A stretch of DNA of 64,000 nt from Anaerovoracaceae bacterium (GCA_034003765.1 JAVEXZ010000005.1:32981-96980); one strand, 5' to 3'; shown: positions 11,352 through 22,175, counted from the stretch's first letter. Notes: generated by a model not told the origin, from the sequence alone. Numbers and translations are program-made.

Positions 11352-13262
11352 TTAGAACAACTTATTGTAGACGCATATTATGTAACCGTAGGTTCCTCCT
11401 ATTTTTAGGGTACTAGTAGTTACAGTTTTGTCTAGGTAGTAATTTTCGTAAATCATTACAGTATTTCCATCGCTGTCTTTATAGCTCGTCATATACATAA
11501 AACCGTTTCTATTTAGAGCGTCCGCATATTGTGTTATATATCCGCTAACCATATCAGAAGATTTGTAAAAGTAGGATCCTTCTGATTCTAAATACACTTT
11601 GATTCCAAACATCCTGCCGAAATCTGGAACTCCGTAATCATCCTTATAGTAGCTGGTGAATCCTCCATACTTCTTAACAAAGCTAAAAACCTCGCTATCG
11701 TCAGATTCTATTCCACCACTAACACTTGTTACGATAATATTATATCTTACCCCAGGAGTTAGGTTGTAAAAGTTAACGGAATAGTCCTTGCTATAATAGA
11801 ACTTTTTTTGCTTGCCCTGTTCTTCATCATACCAGTAAGTGTCTTCTCCATCCTCTTGATAATAAAAATAGTAATAATCTGCACCATTCACTGGGTTCCA
11901 ATTTATATGGACTTCTTCATTTTTTTCATCTACTATATAAATATAATTAGGTGGGGCAATTTTTTTCAAAGTGTCTGTGCCTGTGATATTTGAAAAACTA
12001 GATAAGGCCATCATCTTCTTCCCAGTTAAGGCTTCTACCTTATTAATAGGAATTGCAAAACCTAGATTATCAGCCGCTTCTACTCTGGCATAGGTTATGC
12101 CTACTAATTCTCCCCGACTGTTAAACAAGCCCCCACCGCTATTTCCATGGTTTATGGCTGCCGAAACCTGTATGTCTTGTGGCCTTATAGCTGATACAAT
12201 TCCTTCGGTAACCGAGTTAAAAAGACCATAGGGACTACCGATAACCACTATGGATTCTCCTTGTTTTAAGTCTCTGGAATCCCCAATTACTGCTGCCCTT
12301 AGTCCACTTTTATTGATTTTTAGAATTGCCAGGTCTGTACCAACATTGTAATCTTGGACGTAAACCGCACCCTGGTAAGTGCTACCGTCATTAAATGTAA
12401 CTACCAGAGATCTTGCCCCCTCAATAACGTGATAGTTGGTGACAATTGTCCCGTCAGACGAAAGAATAACTCCACTGCCTTGAGATTCTCCATTATTACT
12501 TGTAGCATTTATCATCACTATACAGTTGGCATTGTCAGCAATCTCAATGTTACCAACCTCATTTTGTTGAGGAGCGCTTGTTAATGGTACTGGGTCTTGA
12601 AGGACCGTTGCTATAAAAGCATTCCCAACATTATTATTGATTTTTCCCTCAGCCATTAGGTTGTTTATAAGGGGAACATCTGTACCTCTTATGGGAAACT
12701 TTAATGTGTCGTAAGATGTTTTTGCCACGTGAGCCCTTAGAAAGGGTGAGCCAGAGAGAGTCGAATAGGTGGAGTTATTTATTAGGCTGATTCCTTTTGC
12801 AAAGGATAAAGCATTAGTATAACTGAAATCCCCTGCTGCATCTCTATAGCCTAAGCTTCTAAGTAAAAATGTGACAAAAGCCTTTGCCTCCATATTATTA
12901 GATGAGCCAAATTTGGTCTTACTCACTCCCTTAGTTAAATCATTGGCGTATGCGTAAGCCACATATCCATTGGCCCACTTGGGAACATCGTTAAAAGGTA
13001 CCTTAGTTCCTCTCATTAACAGGGCCTCGTCTTCTACGCCAAGCAATCTAATAAGCATTACCAAACCTTCAACTCTTGTTGGAGCACGGTCAAGTTCATA
13101 TCCTGAACCTGTCCCCACAAATACACCAAGAGGAGCCAGACTGTTTGCGTAATCCCCATAAGTTGATTGGCCAGGAGTTGTTGCAGCAAAAGCACTTGCT
13201 GGCAATAACATAAAGCTTATTAGTAAGACCATAGTTATAGAAATTACTTTTTTCATTTTCAT
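11352..13262 (-). CDS. secreted trypsin-like (S1C/HtrA-type) serine protease with SLH-like N-terminal repeats
   Basis: It has a signal peptide (LPASAFA) and SLH-like segments (FNDVPKWANGYVAYAY). The catalytic triad context is TNYHVIEGA, DLAILKI and GNSGGGLF. Confidence 0.75.
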   Translation of the reverse strand: MKMKKVISITMVLLISFMLLPASAFAATTPGQSTYGDYANSLAPLGVFVGTGSGYELDRAPTRVEGLVMLIRLLGVEDEALLMRGTKVPFNDVPKWANGYVAYAYANDLTKGVSKTKFGSSNNMEAKAFVTFLLRSLGYRDAAGDFSYTNALSFAKGISLINNSTYSTLSGSPFLRAHVAKTSYDTLKFPIRGTDVPLINNLMAEGKINNNVGNAFIATVLQDPVPLTSAPQQNEVGNIEIADNANCIVMINATSNNGESQGSGVILSSDGTIVTNYHVIEGARSLVVTFNDGSTYQGAVYVQDYNVGTDLAILKINKSGLRAAVIGDSRDLKQGESIVVIGSPYGLFNSVTEGIVSAIRPQDIQVSAAINHGNSGGGLFNSRGELVGITYARVEAADNLGFAIPINKVEALTGKKMMALSSFSNITGTDTLKKIAPPNYIYIVDEKNEEVHINWNPVNGADYYYFYYQEDGEDTYWYDEEQGKQKKFYYSKDYSVNFYNLTPGVRYNIIVTSVSGGIESDDSEVFSFVKKYGGFTSYYKDDYGVPDFGRMFGIKVYLESEGSYFYKSSDMVSGYITQYADALNRNGFMYMTSYKDSDGNTVMIYENYYLDKTVTTSTLKIGGTYGYIICVYNKLF

Positions 13263-13377
13263 GCTACTCTTTCTCCTTTTAAGTTTGAATTAGATTGCAA
13301 GAATTCTAACTTGTGATAAATACTCTTTGCACTATTTATCTACGATAAAGCTCCAGTTTGCCGACTGCCTTTACCTT

Positions 13378-13761
13378 CTAAATTTCCCTAAGCCTCATTA
13401 AAAACTCTTTATCAGCTGGGCAAAACTCATATTTTGGGATTTCTTTGGGTTTAATCCACCGAATATCATTATGCTCTAATTTTTGAATTTCACCACTTAT
13501 AATAACCGCATTCAATAGTGTAAGGTGCACATTAATGTCCCCATAGTCATGACTGGAATTCCCAAACTCTTCCCTCACTTCAATAGTGACTCCCAGTTCT
13601 TCTTGGCATTCTCTTATCAGGGCCTGCTCCTTGCTTTCTCCCAGTTCAACCTTGCCTCCTACAAATTCCCAATGAAGAGGTCGGGGTTTGTCAGCGGGCC
13701 TTTGGCAGATCATAAATTTATCCTTATCCCATATTAATGCTGCTACTACTTCTGTCATCAT
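13378..13761 (-). CDS. Nudix hydrolase, MutT/NudG class
   Basis: It has a complete Nudix box, GGKVELGESKEQALIRECQEELGV. The N-terminus MTEVVAALI and the C-terminal FCPADKEF resemble MutT/NudG. Its ATG overlaps the upstream stop (ATGA). Confidence 0.85.
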   Translation of the reverse strand: MMTEVVAALIWDKDKFMICQRPADKPRPLHWEFVGGKVELGESKEQALIRECQEELGVTIEVREEFGNSSHDYGDINVHLTLLNAVIISGEIQKLEHNDIRWIKPKEIPKYEFCPADKEFLMRLREI

Positions 13762-16700
13762 CCCACCACCAATTTGTTTGTCTTTTTCAAGTACTTGGGA
13801 GGAATAGGTTCCTCTAATTGAAACAAAATACTCATAGGTTTGCTTCCTTCATGAGAGATGTATTTTGCTAGCCCCAAAAATGTATAAGAAGAAGTAATGG
13901 TCTTTTCCTTAATGTTTTCTCTTACAAACAATAAAATATTTGAACCCTTCTTCTTGTGATTAATGTATCTAATCCCAGTTGGTGAAGTATCAGAGGTTGT
14001 GCTTTGACTTTGCCAATGAAATTTAGATTCACTAATTGAATAGTCTTCATACATTGTGGATTCCGAGTATTCTTTCTCGGTTTTGTTTAGAGTTACAAAG
14101 AAAATATCAGTTTTTTTAGTCGGTAACCATAATACACCTTGTCTTACTGCAGCAGGTTTCCAATAATCCATTGCTGCTAATATTTGATCTCGCGTATAAT
14201 TACAATAAACATCCATGGGACATTCAAACCCTAAATCAACAGCCTTATCTACAAAATCAATATGATCAAAATTATATTCCAGTAACTCGCGAAGTTCGCC
14301 TAAAAGAACAGGACTGTCAGAAAGCTTTATAAGGTTTATTCTTATATTCTCTTTTGACAAATCTTCCGGAACCTCATCCCAAAGAGTACAATAAAACATC
14401 CTGAACATTCTCTTTTCTTTTTCTGTAAAACTCTCTATGTCTATGTTTTTAATATCTTTTGTTATTTCTAATAAGAAGTTTATCCATCTACGGGAATCTA
14501 TAAAGCTAAGTCGGCTAAAAGCCCTATTTGATATTTCTTCAATTGGCTCATTATATTCTTTTCCAGGTATTGCTGTTGCCATTAGTCTTGAAAATGTTTC
14601 GTAGCGATAAATATCCCGTGGTGTTAGGTTGTAATAATGAAGAAAGTTAGAAAAAATGAGTTCTTGTCCAGTATCTTCTTCAAAGGTTCTCATCTGGTAA
14701 ATCAAAGATGTTTTCGACCCAATATTGTTTTTTATACTTTCTAGAACATACTTTTGCGCAATTTTCTCTAATTGAATAAAACAACCTTTTGGAACAGACG
14801 TGAACCCATTTTTAATTTCCTTTTGTATACTCTGGCACGGGTCCGAAAGCAGTGCCTTAAATTTGTTTTCAAATCGGTACTTTTTATGCGCTTGGCCAAT
14901 AAAATCTAATACCGTTAGGCATTCTTTGTTTTCATAAAGCCTCAAGCCTCTTCCCAGTTGCTGTAAAAAAACAGTAAGGGAATCTGTTGGCCTTAAGAAT
15001 AAAACCGTGTTTAATTGTGGTATATCTACACCTTCATTAAATATGTCAACAACGAAAACAAAGTTCACTTCTCCACTAGTTAATTTTGCTTTTACATTTT
15101 CTCTTTCTTCTTCAGGAGAAATTCCAACCAGGTACATTGATGGTATTCCATGATCACTAAAAAATTCCGCCATAAACTTAGCATGCTTTATTGAAACACA
15201 AAAACCTAATCCTGTAACATCACTGATTTCATTTACATATTTTTTTACAGATGTCACTATTAACTGCGCCCTTTTTTGAGCAGCAATTCGGTTTAATGTA
15301 TAAACATTCGACAGTGCTTTTTTATCATAGCCTCCTTTTGACCATTTCATATCACTTAAATCCACATTGTCAGTTACACCAAAGTATTGAAAAGGGCTTA
15401 AAAGTCTTCTCTCAATTGCTTCTGGTAAACGTATCTCCGCTGCGATTCTATGATCAAAATAAGCTGTAACGCTTAGCCCATCCATACGTTCTGGAGTAGC
15501 CGTTAATCCTAAAAGGATCTTGGGTTTATAGTATGTGAGAAGTTTTTGGTAGCTTTTTGCTGGTGAATGATGAATTTCGTCCATTACTATATAATCATAA
15601 AATTCAGCCGAGGTTTTTTCATCCCATTTTTGTGAATTAAAGGTTTGAATGGACATAAACAAATGTGTGTGGTCTTCTGGTTTATGGTTACCAACAAACA
15701 ACTCGCCAAAATTCTGGTCCCTCAAAACCCCACGAAAACAAGCTAGACTTTGCTTTAAAATCTCTTCCCTATGGGCTATAAACAGCAGACGACATTTATC
15801 TTGTGGATTCTTTTCCTTAAAACGTTTATAATCAAAGGCTGATATTACTGTCTTCCCTGTTCCTGTTGCAGCTACAACAAGGTTCCTCATATGTCCTTTT
15901 ACATTTCTTTCTGCATCAAGGTTCTGAAGTATTTCTTCTTGATAGGTATATGGACGGATATCAAAGTCATAGGTAGTTTCTAAACCCATTCCTTTATTGC
16001 TTTCTTTTTTGAGCGCTATGCGAAGTCGTTCTTCTTCCTCGGGTGTATATGTTTCGAAATCTGGAGAATTCCAGTAGCTTTCAAAGGTAGCTTCCATCTT
16101 GGCCACTGTCTCTGGCAAATCCTTCTTTGCTAATTTAACATTCCACTCTAACCCACTAGAAATGGCTGCATTTGATAAGTTAGAAGATCCAACATAGGCC
16201 GTCGTAAATCCCGTGTTTCTGTGGAATATATGGGCCTTTGCGTGAAGCCTTGTGCTTTTGGTATCGTATGTAATCTTAATTTCAGTGTTTGGAAGCAAGC
16301 TTAATTCTTTGATAGCCTTCAGATCTGTTGCTCCAATATATGGAGTGGTCACAACCCTAAGTGAACCCCCCTTTTCCAACATGGCTCGAAGCTCATCCAT
16401 TATCATTCTAAGGCCACTCCATCGAATGAATGAAACCAGCATATCTACCCTGTTACTGGATAATATTTCTTTTTTTAATTCAGAGTACATGCTAGGTTCA
16501 CGAGTGGAACCAGTAAAAAGAGAACTGAGGGATATTGATGTATCGGGGCGGACCATTTTAGTTATTGCTCCATCCTCATGAACAGTATCTAGAATAGAAA
16601 GAAGCTGTTCACCACTTTCATCAACTTTAAAAACACTAAAATTTGAGCCTTCTGTTTCTTGATCCACTAAACTAATTATTCTGTTTATTAACTGCACTTG

Positions 16701-16925
16701 AGAATGAACATCACCTTTATCCTCACGAACAGAAGAAAGGGCCTTTTGCACAATTTCTCCAAGGTACTTTGAAAGAATCAGCGTGGATTCAGCCTCGTCA
16801 ATCCTTTCTATCTCGGTTTCTTTATTGACCAATGTATTCAACTCTTCTCTGAGCTGTTCACTAATTAGCTGCTCATAAAGCCCTGACTTTAGCATTGTGG
16901 CTCCTACTCCATTATTTGTTGTCAT
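13758..16925 (-). CDS. SauUSI-like type IV restriction enzyme candidate: PLD-family nuclease + SF2 helicase + DUF3427-like C-terminus
   Basis: The PLD motif is LHAKAHIF...YVGSSNLS. Helicase motifs are AATGTGKT, VMDEIHH, LTATPER and QQLGRGLR. The C-terminal 250 aa (FFVTLNKTEKEY...FHWQSQS...LLFVRE...YTFLGLAKYISHEGSKPMSILFQL) match my memory of DUF3427. The start is uncertain: 16925 (MTTNN) or 16895 (MLKSG, with AGGAG 7 nt upstream). The track start at 16982 overlaps the HTH ORF. Confidence 0.7.
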   Translation of the reverse strand: MTTNNGVGATMLKSGLYEQLISEQLREELNTLVNKETEIERIDEAESTLILSKYLGEIVQKALSSVREDKGDVHSQVQLINRIISLVDQETEGSNFSVFKVDESGEQLLSILDTVHEDGAITKMVRPDTSISLSSLFTGSTREPSMYSELKKEILSSNRVDMLVSFIRWSGLRMIMDELRAMLEKGGSLRVVTTPYIGATDLKAIKELSLLPNTEIKITYDTKSTRLHAKAHIFHRNTGFTTAYVGSSNLSNAAISSGLEWNVKLAKKDLPETVAKMEATFESYWNSPDFETYTPEEEERLRIALKKESNKGMGLETTYDFDIRPYTYQEEILQNLDAERNVKGHMRNLVVAATGTGKTVISAFDYKRFKEKNPQDKCRLLFIAHREEILKQSLACFRGVLRDQNFGELFVGNHKPEDHTHLFMSIQTFNSQKWDEKTSAEFYDYIVMDEIHHSPAKSYQKLLTYYKPKILLGLTATPERMDGLSVTAYFDHRIAAEIRLPEAIERRLLSPFQYFGVTDNVDLSDMKWSKGGYDKKALSNVYTLNRIAAQKRAQLIVTSVKKYVNEISDVTGLGFCVSIKHAKFMAEFFSDHGIPSMYLVGISPEEERENVKAKLTSGEVNFVFVVDIFNEGVDIPQLNTVLFLRPTDSLTVFLQQLGRGLRLYENKECLTVLDFIGQAHKKYRFENKFKALLSDPCQSIQKEIKNGFTSVPKGCFIQLEKIAQKYVLESIKNNIGSKTSLIYQMRTFEEDTGQELIFSNFLHYYNLTPRDIYRYETFSRLMATAIPGKEYNEPIEEISNRAFSRLSFIDSRRWINFLLEITKDIKNIDIESFTEKEKRMFRMFYCTLWDEVPEDLSKENIRINLIKLSDSPVLLGELRELLEYNFDHIDFVDKAVDLGFECPMDVYCNYTRDQILAAMDYWKPAAVRQGVLWLPTKKTDIFFVTLNKTEKEYSESTMYEDYSISESKFHWQSQSTTSDTSPTGIRYINHKKKGSNILLFVRENIKEKTITSSYTFLGLAKYISHEGSKPMSILFQLEEPIPPKYLKKTNKLVVG

Positions 16926-16947
16926 CTTGCGCCTATGAATATTATTT

Positions 16948-17112
16948 TTACCTCCGCCGGCCATCTTCAGGCTTAGCTGCACCTTTAGGTATAGCCCAAG
17001 CCCATCCTAGCCTGGTGGCACCTGAGATTTTATTCTGCTTACACAAAATCTGAACTCTACGTTCAGATATGTTCCATTTGTCAGCCGCTTCTTTGGTTGT
17101 TATATAATCCAT
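16948..17112 (-). CDS. small helix-turn-helix DNA-binding protein (excisionase/MerR-like HTH), 54 aa
   Basis: It is absent from the ORF track (<60 aa). My translation is MDYITTKEAADKWNISERRVQILCKQNKISGATRLGWAWAIPKGAAKPEDGRRR. The RBS AGAGGTG lies upstream. Confidence 0.6.
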   Translation of the reverse strand: MDYITTKEAADKWNISERRVQILCKQNKISGATRLGWAWAIPKGAAKPEDGRRR

Positions 17113-17150
17113 TTTCCTAGCACCTCTTGTTAGTAATAAGTGGTATTAAC

Positions 17151-17179
17151 ATTATAATCGTAGAAACGAACACTAACAA
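17151..17179 (-). promoter_or_regulatory. sigma-A-type promoter for the HTH/nuclease/Nudix genes
   Basis: On the minus strand: TTGTTA, a 17-nt spacer, then TATAAT. It lies about 40 nt upstream of the HTH start codon. Confidence 0.5.
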
Positions 17180-17389
17180 CGACTATTTGATAATTTCCTG
17201 AAAATTGTAACAACTTGTACGTTTCGTGTAATAGTTTGTTAATAGCAATTTCGTCCATATGTTTTGCTAATAAAAAACTAGCCCTTAAGCGAATCGAGCT
17301 TAACAAGGCTAATTTCTTTTATCCCATAAAGTTCCCATTAATAATTATGATATTCAGGCTAAAATTATTGAACGAGCCCATATTCTTTC

Positions 17390-17440
17390 AAAAAAAAGAC
17401 AAGCTATAAGACTCTTATGGTTTTATAAATGCTTGTCTTT
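17390..17440 (-). terminator. terminator after the small membrane protein gene
   Basis: The stem is AGACAAGC/GCTTGTCT, flanked by an A-run and a T-run, so it may work in both directions. The loop is long (26 nt). Confidence 0.45.
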
Positions 17441-17481
17441 ATTTATGCTAAATTAAAATGTTTCTTACTTGTTTTTCCTTC

Positions 17482-17835
17482 TTAGAATCCAGGGTCTACA
17501 ACCACTGGTTCAACAACTTCTTCTTCCTCTTCTTCAACTACAACTTCTTCTTGAGGAAGAAACTTGCAAGCAACTACTCCAGCTGCAAACATTAAGAGGG
17601 CCAGGCCTCCATATATTGCAATGGGCTCAAATATTCCTGGCAAAAGCTGAGAAGGGACAATTGCTTCCATAACCATTTCTTTAGGATATCCTTGCTCTAA
17701 GGCTTGCTTTAAAGTGGTTGAGAAAATCATAATGTTGTTGATTAGTGAAGCCAAGCCAAATAGGCCAACCACAATTCCCCCAATTTTTAGTGCCATAGCT
17801 ACTTTAGGTCTCTTCATTTTTGTTTCTTTACTCAT
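17482..17835 (-). CDS. small membrane protein with an acidic E/V-rich tail
   Basis: It has two hydrophobic segments (IGGIVVGLFGLASLI, IAIYGGLALLMFAAGVVA) and the C-terminus EEVVVEEEEEEVVEPVVV. Confidence 0.45.
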   Translation of the reverse strand: MSKETKMKRPKVAMALKIGGIVVGLFGLASLINNIMIFSTTLKQALEQGYPKEMVMEAIVPSQLLPGIFEPIAIYGGLALLMFAAGVVACKFLPQEEVVVEEEEEEVVEPVVVDPGF

Positions 17836-17970
17836 TCTTTTTAATTCCTCTCTTTTTTTGTTATATAATCACTTGTATTAGTTTATATGAAAATTGTGTA
17901 GATTGCGAGGTAATTCCACAAATTTCAGCGGTTTTAGATATTTCACATTTTCGTTTTTTTACTTTTCGCC

Positions 17971-19872
17971 TTATTCGCCTTTTCCCCTGTTTTGTTGGTC
18001 AAGCCTCTTCATTTTTTCCAAATAGACCAAAAGAACATTAATGTCTGCAGGAGACACCCCTGATATCCTTGAAGCTTGGCCAACAGAAAGTGGTTGTATT
18101 AAAGCAAGCTTTTGCCTGGCCTCAAGTCTAAGCCCCTCTATTTCATTATAGGGTAAATTTGGAGACAAATCTTTTTCTTCAAGCTTCTTAAACCTATTAA
18201 TTTGTATTAGTTGCTTGTCTATGTAGCCTTTGTACTTTATCCCAACCTCTACTGATGCTTTCATTGCAGGTGTAAGAGCTTTTTGGGGAGGATAAAAGGC
18301 TTCTAATTTCTCGTAAGATAGTTCTGGCCTTTTCAGGAGTTCTGCTAAAGTCATCTTGTTATTTAAGGGTGTACTGTCCCATTCTTTTAATAGCTCTTCT
18401 AGCTCTTTTGGTAAAACTTCTGTATTTCCAAGCCTTTTTACCTCTTCAGCCACAACTTGTTTTTTGTCTAGATACCTTTGGTACCTTGCTTCAGAAGCTA
18501 GCCCTAGCTTATAGGCTCTTTCTGTTAGTCTCTCATCGGCATTATCCTGCCTGAGAATCAATCGGTATTCCGCTCTGGAAGTCATTATCCTATAAGGCTC
18601 CGGGGTCCCCTTAGTTACCAAATCGTCTATTAGCACTCCAATATAGCCTTCGTCCCTGTGAATGATAAATGGCTCTTTGCCATCTAGCTTTAAAACCCCA
18701 TTAATCCCCGCCATTAGGCCTTGTGCTGCTGCCTCTTCGTAACCTGAACTTCCATTAAATTGCCCCGCACAAAATAAGTTCTTTATCCCCTTGTATTCCA
18801 AATTAAGGTTAAGGTCAGATGGATCAATGCAGTCATACTCTATGGCATAGGCTGGTCTTACTATTCTAAGGTTTTCTAAGCCCTTAATGGTCCTGTAAAA
18901 CTCCACTTGAACATCTTCGGGCAAGCTTGTAGACATTCCTTGAATATATACTTCGTCGGTGTCTAGACCTTCAGGTTCAACGAAAAGCTGGTGACGCTCT
19001 TTGTCCTTAAATCGATTCAGCTTGTCTTCAATTGATGGGCAATACCTAACTCCCACTCCCTCAATTTGCCCCCCAAAAAGGGCTGACCGTCCAAAGTTCT
19101 TCCTAATAACTTCATGGGTTCTTTCATTTGTATAGGACAGCCAACAGGAAACCTGGTCTCTTTCCAAGTAATCATTCATAAAAGAAAAAGGCACTATTAT
19201 ATCATCACCCTTTTGTTCTAGCATTTTATCAAAGTCAAGGCTCTGGGCCAAAACTCTAGCAGGGGTACCTGTCTTAAATCGTCGGATATTCATACCATGC
19301 TCTCTAAGCTTATCTCCTAGTTCCATAGCAGGGGATAGTCCATTGGGACCGCTATCGTAGGCGCTGCTGCCTATGAATATTTTACCTTTTAGAAATGTCC
19401 CTGTGGCTATGATAACAGCCTTTGCCCTATATTTAGCACCAGTTTTTAGTATAACTCCCTTTACCTGGCCATCTTCCACTATAATGTCAACCACTTCACC
19501 TTGCTTTAGGTCCAAGTTGGCCTGGTGCTCTAATACCTTTTTCATCTCTAGGTGGTATTTGTTTTTATCGGCCTGGGTTCTTAGGGAGTGAACTGCAGGG
19601 CCTTTTGAAGTATTTAGCATTTTACTTTGGATAAAGGCTTTGTCAATATTAATAGCCATCTCTCCACCCAAGGCATCAATCTCTCTTACTAAGTGGCCTT
19701 TTCCTGTTCCCCCGATTGAAGGATTACAAGCAAGCATTGCAATAGACTCTAGGTGGGTTGACATAATCAAGGTCTTTTTGCCAAGTCTTGCAGAGGCCAA
19801 AGCTGCTTCACACCCTGCGTGTCCAGCTCCAATAACGACTATATCATAAGTCCCCATTTCATAAGTTTCCAT
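17971..19872 (-). CDS. mnmG: tRNA uridine 5-carboxymethylaminomethyl modification enzyme MnmG
   Basis: It has the FAD motif [16 protein letters not shown] and a GidA-family sequence throughout. The start was placed at [10 protein letters not shown] (19872), just after the mnmE stop. Confidence 0.93.
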   Translation of the reverse strand: METYEMGTYDIVVIGAGHAGCEAALASARLGKKTLIMSTHLESIAMLACNPSIGGTGKGHLVREIDALGGEMAINIDKAFIQSKMLNTSKGPAVHSLRTQADKNKYHLEMKKVLEHQANLDLKQGEVVDIIVEDGQVKGVILKTGAKYRAKAVIIATGTFLKGKIFIGSSAYDSGPNGLSPAMELGDKLREHGMNIRRFKTGTPARVLAQSLDFDKMLEQKGDDIIVPFSFMNDYLERDQVSCWLSYTNERTHEVIRKNFGRSALFGGQIEGVGVRYCPSIEDKLNRFKDKERHQLFVEPEGLDTDEVYIQGMSTSLPEDVQVEFYRTIKGLENLRIVRPAYAIEYDCIDPSDLNLNLEYKGIKNLFCAGQFNGSSGYEEAAAQGLMAGINGVLKLDGKEPFIIHRDEGYIGVLIDDLVTKGTPEPYRIMTSRAEYRLILRQDNADERLTERAYKLGLASEARYQRYLDKKQVVAEEVKRLGNTEVLPKELEELLKEWDSTPLNNKMTLAELLKRPELSYEKLEAFYPPQKALTPAMKASVEVGIKYKGYIDKQLIQINRFKKLEEKDLSPNLPYNEIEGLRLEARQKLALIQPLSVGQASRISGVSPADINVLLVYLEKMKRLDQQNRGKGE

Positions 19873-19874
19873 GG

Positions 19875-21248
19875 CTATTTCCCCAAGCAAAATCTATTAA
19901 ATACTTCATTGATAACATCATCTTTTACGGTCTCGCCAATTATTTCTCCCAAGGATTCATGGGCATTTCTTATGTCCACCTCTATAAAATCTAAGGCTTC
20001 TTTTTGCCGGATCATGACTAGGGCATCCTTACAACTTTGGCCTGCTTTTTCCAAGAGCTCTTGGTGGCGAACTTGGGTAATTATGATGTTTCCTTCTTGT
20101 TTTACCCATCCGCCATATACTATTTCCTCTATCTTATCTTCAATTTCTAAAATTCCCATTTCTTCAGTCACTGAGGTTTCTACAATAGTAGCCTGGGGCA
20201 AGTGGTCTTCCACTGCTTGGTGATTCACAGCTTTTCCTAGGTCTCTTTTATTTAGGAGTACCATTACACTTTGATCCTTTACAAGTTCCATTATCATTTT
20301 ATCTTCACTGGAAAGTTCTTGGCTGCCATCTAAAACCAAGACCACCAAGTCCGCCTTCATAAAGGATTCCTTTGCTTTTTCTATGCCTATCTTTTCAACT
20401 AGATCATCGGTTTCTCTTATACCAGCTGTGTCTATTATTCTTAGGGGAATATTCCTAATGCTAAGCCATTCTTCGATAGTGTCTCTGGTGGTTCCTGGGA
20501 TCTCGGTAACTATGGCTCGGTTTTCCTTTAATAGAGCATTCATCAAGGAAGATTTTCCCACATTAGGCTTACCAATAATGGCTACGGCTAATCCTTCCTT
20601 GAGAATTCTTCCTGAGTGGGCAGTGGCTAAAAGTTTTTGAATTTCACAACTAATAGACAGGATGGAATCTTCCATTTGATCATAGGTTATTTCTTCGATA
20701 TCCTCTTCTGGATATTCGATGTTCACTGTTATTTGAACCATTAAGTCCCGGGTTTTTTCTCTTAGCTCTTTAATCTTCGAGGAAGTTGTCCCCCCTAATT
20801 GATCCATGGCCACCTCAAAGCTCTTTTCCGTTTTAGCCTTAATCAAATCAATTACAGCCTCTGCTTGGCTTAGGTCAAGGCGGCCATTTAAAAATGCTCT
20901 TTTTGTAAACTCTCCAGGCTCTGCTAGGGATGCTCCTAGTTCCTGAACAGTCTTTAGCACCTTTCTAAGAGCCACCATTGAACCGTGGCACTGGATTTCA
21001 ACAAGGTCTTCCCCAGTATACGTCTTGGGCCCCGGGAAATAAACAGCGAAACATTCATCTATAATTTGGCCGGGTTCTTGGGGGCTAATTATATGACCAT
21101 AGGTGAGACGGCGGGGATCTAGGTCTTTAGAATTTTTGGATAAGAAAATTTGATCCAAATAGTCTTTGGACCTTTCTCCGCTTATACGAACTATTCCTAT
21201 ACCACCTTCTCCCGGTGGTGTGGAAATTGCCACAATAGTAGCTTCCAT
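19875..21248 (-). CDS. mnmE: tRNA modification GTPase MnmE
   Basis: 457 aa with the G-domain motifs [14 protein letters not shown] and NKRD, and the C-terminal FCLGK. Confidence 0.93.
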   Translation of the reverse strand: MEATIVAISTPPGEGGIGIVRISGERSKDYLDQIFLSKNSKDLDPRRLTYGHIISPQEPGQIIDECFAVYFPGPKTYTGEDLVEIQCHGSMVALRKVLKTVQELGASLAEPGEFTKRAFLNGRLDLSQAEAVIDLIKAKTEKSFEVAMDQLGGTTSSKIKELREKTRDLMVQITVNIEYPEEDIEEITYDQMEDSILSISCEIQKLLATAHSGRILKEGLAVAIIGKPNVGKSSLMNALLKENRAIVTEIPGTTRDTIEEWLSIRNIPLRIIDTAGIRETDDLVEKIGIEKAKESFMKADLVVLVLDGSQELSSEDKMIMELVKDQSVMVLLNKRDLGKAVNHQAVEDHLPQATIVETSVTEEMGILEIEDKIEEIVYGGWVKQEGNIIITQVRHQELLEKAGQSCKDALVMIRQKEALDFIEVDIRNAHESLGEIIGETVKDDVINEVFNRFCLGK

Positions 21249-21307
21249 TTTTTTAGCCTACTCTCCTTTTGGTAAAGATGGCCCGCATAATCTGCGGGCC
21301 ATCCTGG

Positions 21308-22135
21308 TTAACCTTTTCGTTTTAGTTCAATAACTACCCTTCGGTATGGCTCTTCTCCTTCACTTCTTGTAACAACCTTTGGGTTGTTTTGCAGTGTGGA
21401 ATGAATCACTTTTCTTTCATAAGGATTCATTGGCTCTAGTTTTACTGAGCGCCTATTCTTTACAACCTTATCCCCTAAACGATCTGCAAGCTGTTGCAAA
21501 GTTTTTTCTCTTTTTGACCTATAACTTTCTGAGTCGATTACCACACGGGTGTAATTCTCTTTGTTCTTATTGATAACAAGCCCAGTTAAATACTGAAGAG
21601 CATCAAGGGTCTGCCCTCTTTTGCCTATGATAGTTCCAGAATCCTCCCCTGCTAGGTTAATGAAAATATATTCTTCATTAGCCATGCCACTAGCCTGGAG
21701 ATCTAATCCCATGGCTTCAATTGTTTCCCTTAGAAATGTTAGGGCTGGATGATCTGTTACCTCTTTTAAGTCCTCTGGTTTTTCTTGAAGGAGGGGTTTA
21801 ATTTCTCTCCTTCTTTCTGGAATTTCCCTGATTTGTTCTATTTTTTCTCCTGCTCGTTCCACAGTTTTTTCCAAGGTTTTTTCCACTCGCTTCTCAACCT
21901 CAACTGCTTTTTCAACCGCCTTTTCAACTATTTTTTCTACAGTTTTTTCTGGTTTTGTAGCTTCTTTTTTTATTTCCACTCGAACCTTGGCTAATTTATT
22001 TCCAATTCCGAAGAAGCCTTTACTGGGCTCTTCTAAAATTGTAATTTCCACTTGGTCCCTAGTTGCTTTAAGGTCAAAGAGCGCCAGGTCCACGGCTTCG
22101 TCTACACTGGTTCCCCATTTTTCCGAATAATCCAT
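21308..22135 (-). CDS. jag: Jag/KhpB RNA-binding protein (Jag_N, KH, R3H)
   Basis: The N-terminus is EEPSKGFFGIGNKLAKVRV, followed by a Lys/Glu-rich linker. The R3H end is EPMNPYERKVIHSTL...SEGEEPYRRVVI. Confidence 0.85.
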   Translation of the reverse strand: MDYSEKWGTSVDEAVDLALFDLKATRDQVEITILEEPSKGFFGIGNKLAKVRVEIKKEATKPEKTVEKIVEKAVEKAVEVEKRVEKTLEKTVERAGEKIEQIREIPERRREIKPLLQEKPEDLKEVTDHPALTFLRETIEAMGLDLQASGMANEEYIFINLAGEDSGTIIGKRGQTLDALQYLTGLVINKNKENYTRVVIDSESYRSKREKTLQQLADRLGDKVVKNRRSVKLEPMNPYERKVIHSTLQNNPKVVTRSEGEEPYRRVVIELKRKG

Positions 22136-22175
22136 TTTTTGTTCCTCTCTGATTCTATATCATTGAACAACCCAA

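Noticed and set aside
11352-13262. SLH-domain protease as part of a defence cassette with its neighbours.
   Set aside because: It has its own RBS and intergenic gaps on both sides (78 and 115 bp). It has a signal peptide and envelope-type domains. An HtrA-like protease near this chromosomal neighbourhood is normal in Firmicutes.
16926-16982. Longer start (MQLSLKMAGGGK...) for the PLD-helicase protein.
   Set aside because: It overlaps the 3' end of the upstream HTH ORF in another frame and lacks an RBS. The internal ATGs at 16925 and 16895 are better supported.
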